This document shows, piece by piece, positions 5,733 to 7,241 of a stretch of DNA of 7,241 bases. A program made the position numbers and the translations under genes. Positions within the stretch are counted from its first letter, which is position 1; every line of letters starts with the position of its first letter. The stretch comes from Fastidiosibacter lacustris (GTDB taxonomy: Bacteria > Pseudomonadota > Gammaproteobacteria > Francisellales > Francisellaceae). The notes beneath the pieces are model-generated. The model did not search any database and was not told the DNA's origin. It worked only from the letters and a program-made list of their open reading frames with translations. The stretch lies in NCBI RefSeq assembly GCF_003428155.1, contig NZ_QLIR01000032.1:1-7241 (forward strand), written 5' to 3'.

Positions 5733-7241
5733 ATGGCACTGGCGAGTAGTTGAGTACTTGTGGAACCAAACCAGGCAGGTTCTTATTAGGAAGAACGCAT
5801 GCAGGAATACCTCGATCTACTGTCGCTGAAATTCCAGGTTGATTCAGAACGCTACGCGGTACTTGTGATTTAACGATCGTATATGGTGGATCACCAAAGG
5901 CTTTAACTGCCTGTTTAGCATAACTCGCAGCCGACTCGGCACTTGTTGTGAAATACTTCCCTTCTAATCCTGGAAGATTATTGAGTGCACCTGTTTTTCG
6001 AATATCAGCCAATTCATCAGGTTTAACAGCCCTGAACACATCTACTAGTTCATCTCCGCCATTTCGAACAGTAGTCACAAACTCGCGTGTTTTACCTGCT
6101 TTATGGCTAGCTTGAGTTGTTTTCCCCGCTGCAACGCTTGCCTTAACATTCTCCACAATCATCTTTGGTGCAACAGCTTTAGCCAGCAGCATTCCGCCTT
6201 TTACATAGGTGCCACCATATAACAATCCTAATCCTAAAGATGCCGCGGTACCCGTATAGTAAGCAGCCGCATTTGTCCGCCCGTTTTCATATCCAAAGCC
6301 TGTTAAGCCAAATGTCGTATCATCCATAAAACCATTGGCAAAATGGGTGGCTAAACGTTTAACATAACCCGATAAATCCAATCCTGTTTGTAGTTGAAGG
6401 CTTTCTAATAGATCATCATAATCTAAATAATCTAATTCATTAAAGTCTAAAATACGCTCTTCATCTATCTTGATAAATCTATCTGCTATAGCAGAATAAT
6501 CGTCAAAATAACCACGCAGTAAACCTTGCATATTGTTAATTAACAGAGCATTCTTTCGCACATATTCTTGTAAAAAATTAATATTTCTTGATAAATCATT
6601 ACTAAATGATAAGTACTTTTTTTCACAAATTGATGCGCAATCAATATACTTACACTCAACGTCAGTAAGCGGATACATAACAGGAGAAAAATATCCTGGT
6701 AGTCCAAATTCTTCAGATTGAGACAATTGTTTGAAGACCTTATAGATATCTTCATAGGTATTTCTAACATATCCTTTTTTTTCTATTTGACTAAAAACTT
6801 TTGCAACAAACGCCTCATAATTCGGATTTTTGATAGCGTGATTATTCAACTTGCTATGCCTTGTTTCAAACCACTGTTGTAAAACAAATTCAACCTTCTT
6901 ACTTTTATGCTTCAATTCATTTTCGAGTAAGTGATATTTTGTATGAATAATTTGTCTATTAATCTCAGGAAGCACCGTTGCTGTTGTTAGCCATAGTATT
7001 TCAAGTTCTAGTAATTTTGATTGCTCACTATAAGTATTTGATGCCTTAACATACCCATTAAAAAATGCTGTCCTTTGCTTTTTGAGTTCGATAATCGCCT
7101 CTTGAGGCGTAATGTCATACAGTCCAGTTGGATCAATCACATTAACTGGGTTATTGCTCGCATAGGCATAAGGGTGTACATTTCCACCTGCTAAAATATC
7201 TAAAGCATCAGGCTGTAAATATCCACCAAGCTTAGGGTGAA
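5731..7241 (-). CDS. Rhs/YD-repeat family polymorphic toxin, C-terminal end: last ~34 codons of the conserved core plus a 469-aa variable C-terminal region. The 5' end lies beyond the right edge.
   Basis: The frame of the 469-aa track ORF stays open upstream of its GTG (7140) all the way to 7241. It encodes HPKLGGYLQPDALDILAGGNVHPYAYASNNPVNVIDPTGLYD. This is the conserved Rhs/TcC core-end signature (AGG-x16-DPxGL, PxxxxDPxGL) that precedes the variable toxin domain. The stop is TAA at 5731..5733. I cannot tell a full-length rhs gene from an orphan rhs-CT fragment with only 100 nt of core in view. Confidence 0.85.
   Translation of the reverse strand, partial: HPKLGGYLQPDALDILAGGNVHPYAYASNNPVNVIDPTGLYDITPQEAIIELKKQRTAFFNGYVKASNTYSEQSKLLELEILWLTTATVLPEINRQIIHTKYHLLENELKHKSKKVEFVLQQWFETRHSKLNNHAIKNPNYEAFVAKVFSQIEKKGYVRNTYEDIYKVFKQLSQSEEFGLPGYFSPVMYPLTDVECKYIDCASICEKKYLSFSNDLSRNINFLQEYVRKNALLINNMQGLLRGYFDDYSAIADRFIKIDEERILDFNELDYLDYDDLLESLQLQTGLDLSGYVKRLATHFANGFMDDTTFGLTGFGYENGRTNAAAYYTGTAASLGLGLLYGGTYVKGGMLLAKAVAPKMIVENVKASVAAGKTTQASHKAGKTREFVTTVRNGGDELVDVFRAVKPDELADIRKTGALNNLPGLEGKYFTTSAESAASYAKQAVKAFGDPPYTIVKSQVPRSVLNQPGISATVDRGIPACVLPNKNLPGLVPQVLNYSPVP
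5734..6087 (-). other. Extreme C-terminal ~118-aa domain of the Rhs protein, presumed toxin domain of unknown family
   Basis: CT residues 352-469 read REFVTTVRNGGDELVDVFRAVKPDELADIRKTGALNNLPGLEGKYFTTSAESAASYAKQAVKAFGDPPYTIVKSQVPRSVLNQPGISATVDRGIPACVLPNKNLPGLVPQVLNYSPVP. The toxin call rests on its position at the very C-terminus next to the immunity-slot gene. I recognise no nuclease (HNH, AHH, EndoU), deaminase (HxE/CxxC), Fic (HxFxxGNGRxxR) or clear ART ExE motif. Confidence 0.5.
6166..6315 (-). other. Glycine-rich hydrophobic segment within the Rhs C-terminal region (glycine-zipper or pre-toxin-TG-like)
   Basis: CT residues 276-325 read TFGLTGFGYENGRTNAAAYYTGTAASLGLGLLYGGTYVKGGMLLAKAVAP. 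The segment has many small-xxx-small spacings and few charged residues. Confidence 0.5.
7120..7173 (-). other. Rhs core-end motif PYAYASNNPVNVIDPTGL (core/toxin demarcation and expected autoproteolysis site)
   Basis: The DPTGL codons are GAT CCA ACT GGA CTG at 7134..7120, read directly from the sequence. In characterised Rhs/TcC proteins the polypeptide is self-cleaved at this motif, releasing the C-terminal toxin. Confidence 0.8.

Noticed and set aside
5941-6033. Reading VFRAV ... YFTTS as the Arg and S-T-S motifs of an R-S-E ADP-ribosyltransferase
   Set aside because: The Arg-to-TTS spacing is only ~30 residues. No Q/E-x-E catalytic motif follows; the downstream sequence is ...ATVDRGIPACVLP. 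I keep this only as a weak hypothesis to test and do not make it a call.
6533-6770. Two overlapping short ORFs (6533..6721 +, 6540..6770 -) inside the Rhs C-terminal region
   Set aside because: Both lie within the very AT-rich part of the long Rhs frame, in other frames. Their sequences are low-complexity (Ile/Leu/Lys/Phe-rich) and they have no ribosome-binding sites. Chance ORFs are expected at ~25% GC.
7138-7140. GTG at 7140, given by the ORF track as the start (M) of the 469-aa protein
   Set aside because: The frame is open upstream to the window edge and encodes the conserved Rhs core end (…AGGNVHPYAYASNNPVNV-IDPTGL). The GTG is an internal Val codon in the middle of that motif and has no SD. 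The true start is beyond the right edge.
1-7241. Search for tRNA, rRNA, CRISPR repeats, IS terminal inverted repeats or transposase, and integrase att-like repeats
   Set aside because: None found by eye. The only long repeat is the intragenic NRPS module repeat, which is accounted for by domain paralogy.

Overview
All convincing coding capacity is on the minus strand, in three blocks. (1) 1..4799 holds the first 1,599 codons of a multimodular non-ribosomal peptide synthetase (NRPS) with domain order C-A-T-C-A. The first A domain carries a serine-type specificity code. This ORF is missing from the supplied ORF track because its stop codon lies beyond the left edge. I translated it end to end and found no stop. 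(2) 4800..5402 is a 603-bp AT-rich spacer with no ORF of 60 aa or more. (3) 5403..7241 is a polymorphic-toxin module. It contains the last ~34 codons of an Rhs/YD-repeat core, ending in the hallmark ...YAYASNNPVNVIDPTGL motif. A 469-aa variable C-terminal region follows, then 10 nt downstream a 105-aa ORF in the classical immunity-gene position. The most interesting observation is that this 105-aa protein looks, block by block, like a free-standing copy of EF-Tu domain III (EEGGR ... GD ... P ... GxRFxxxEGKTxxxGxV). The adjacent C-terminal toxin domain matches no family I recognise. This suggests a toxin/immunity pair built around mimicry of EF-Tu. Secondary observations: a compositionally mosaic, unusually long Rhs C-terminal region with a glycine-zipper-like hydrophobic segment; and a near-perfect 171-bp gene-conversion tract between the two NRPS modules that stops exactly at the Trp codon of the C-A linker WNxT(D/E) motif. 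I saw no tRNA, rRNA, CRISPR array or IS element. The taxon cannot be assigned from the sequence alone. An Rhs toxin with Shine-Dalgarno sites and low GC is compatible with an enterobacterial-type insect- or nematode-associated genome, but that is only a guess.
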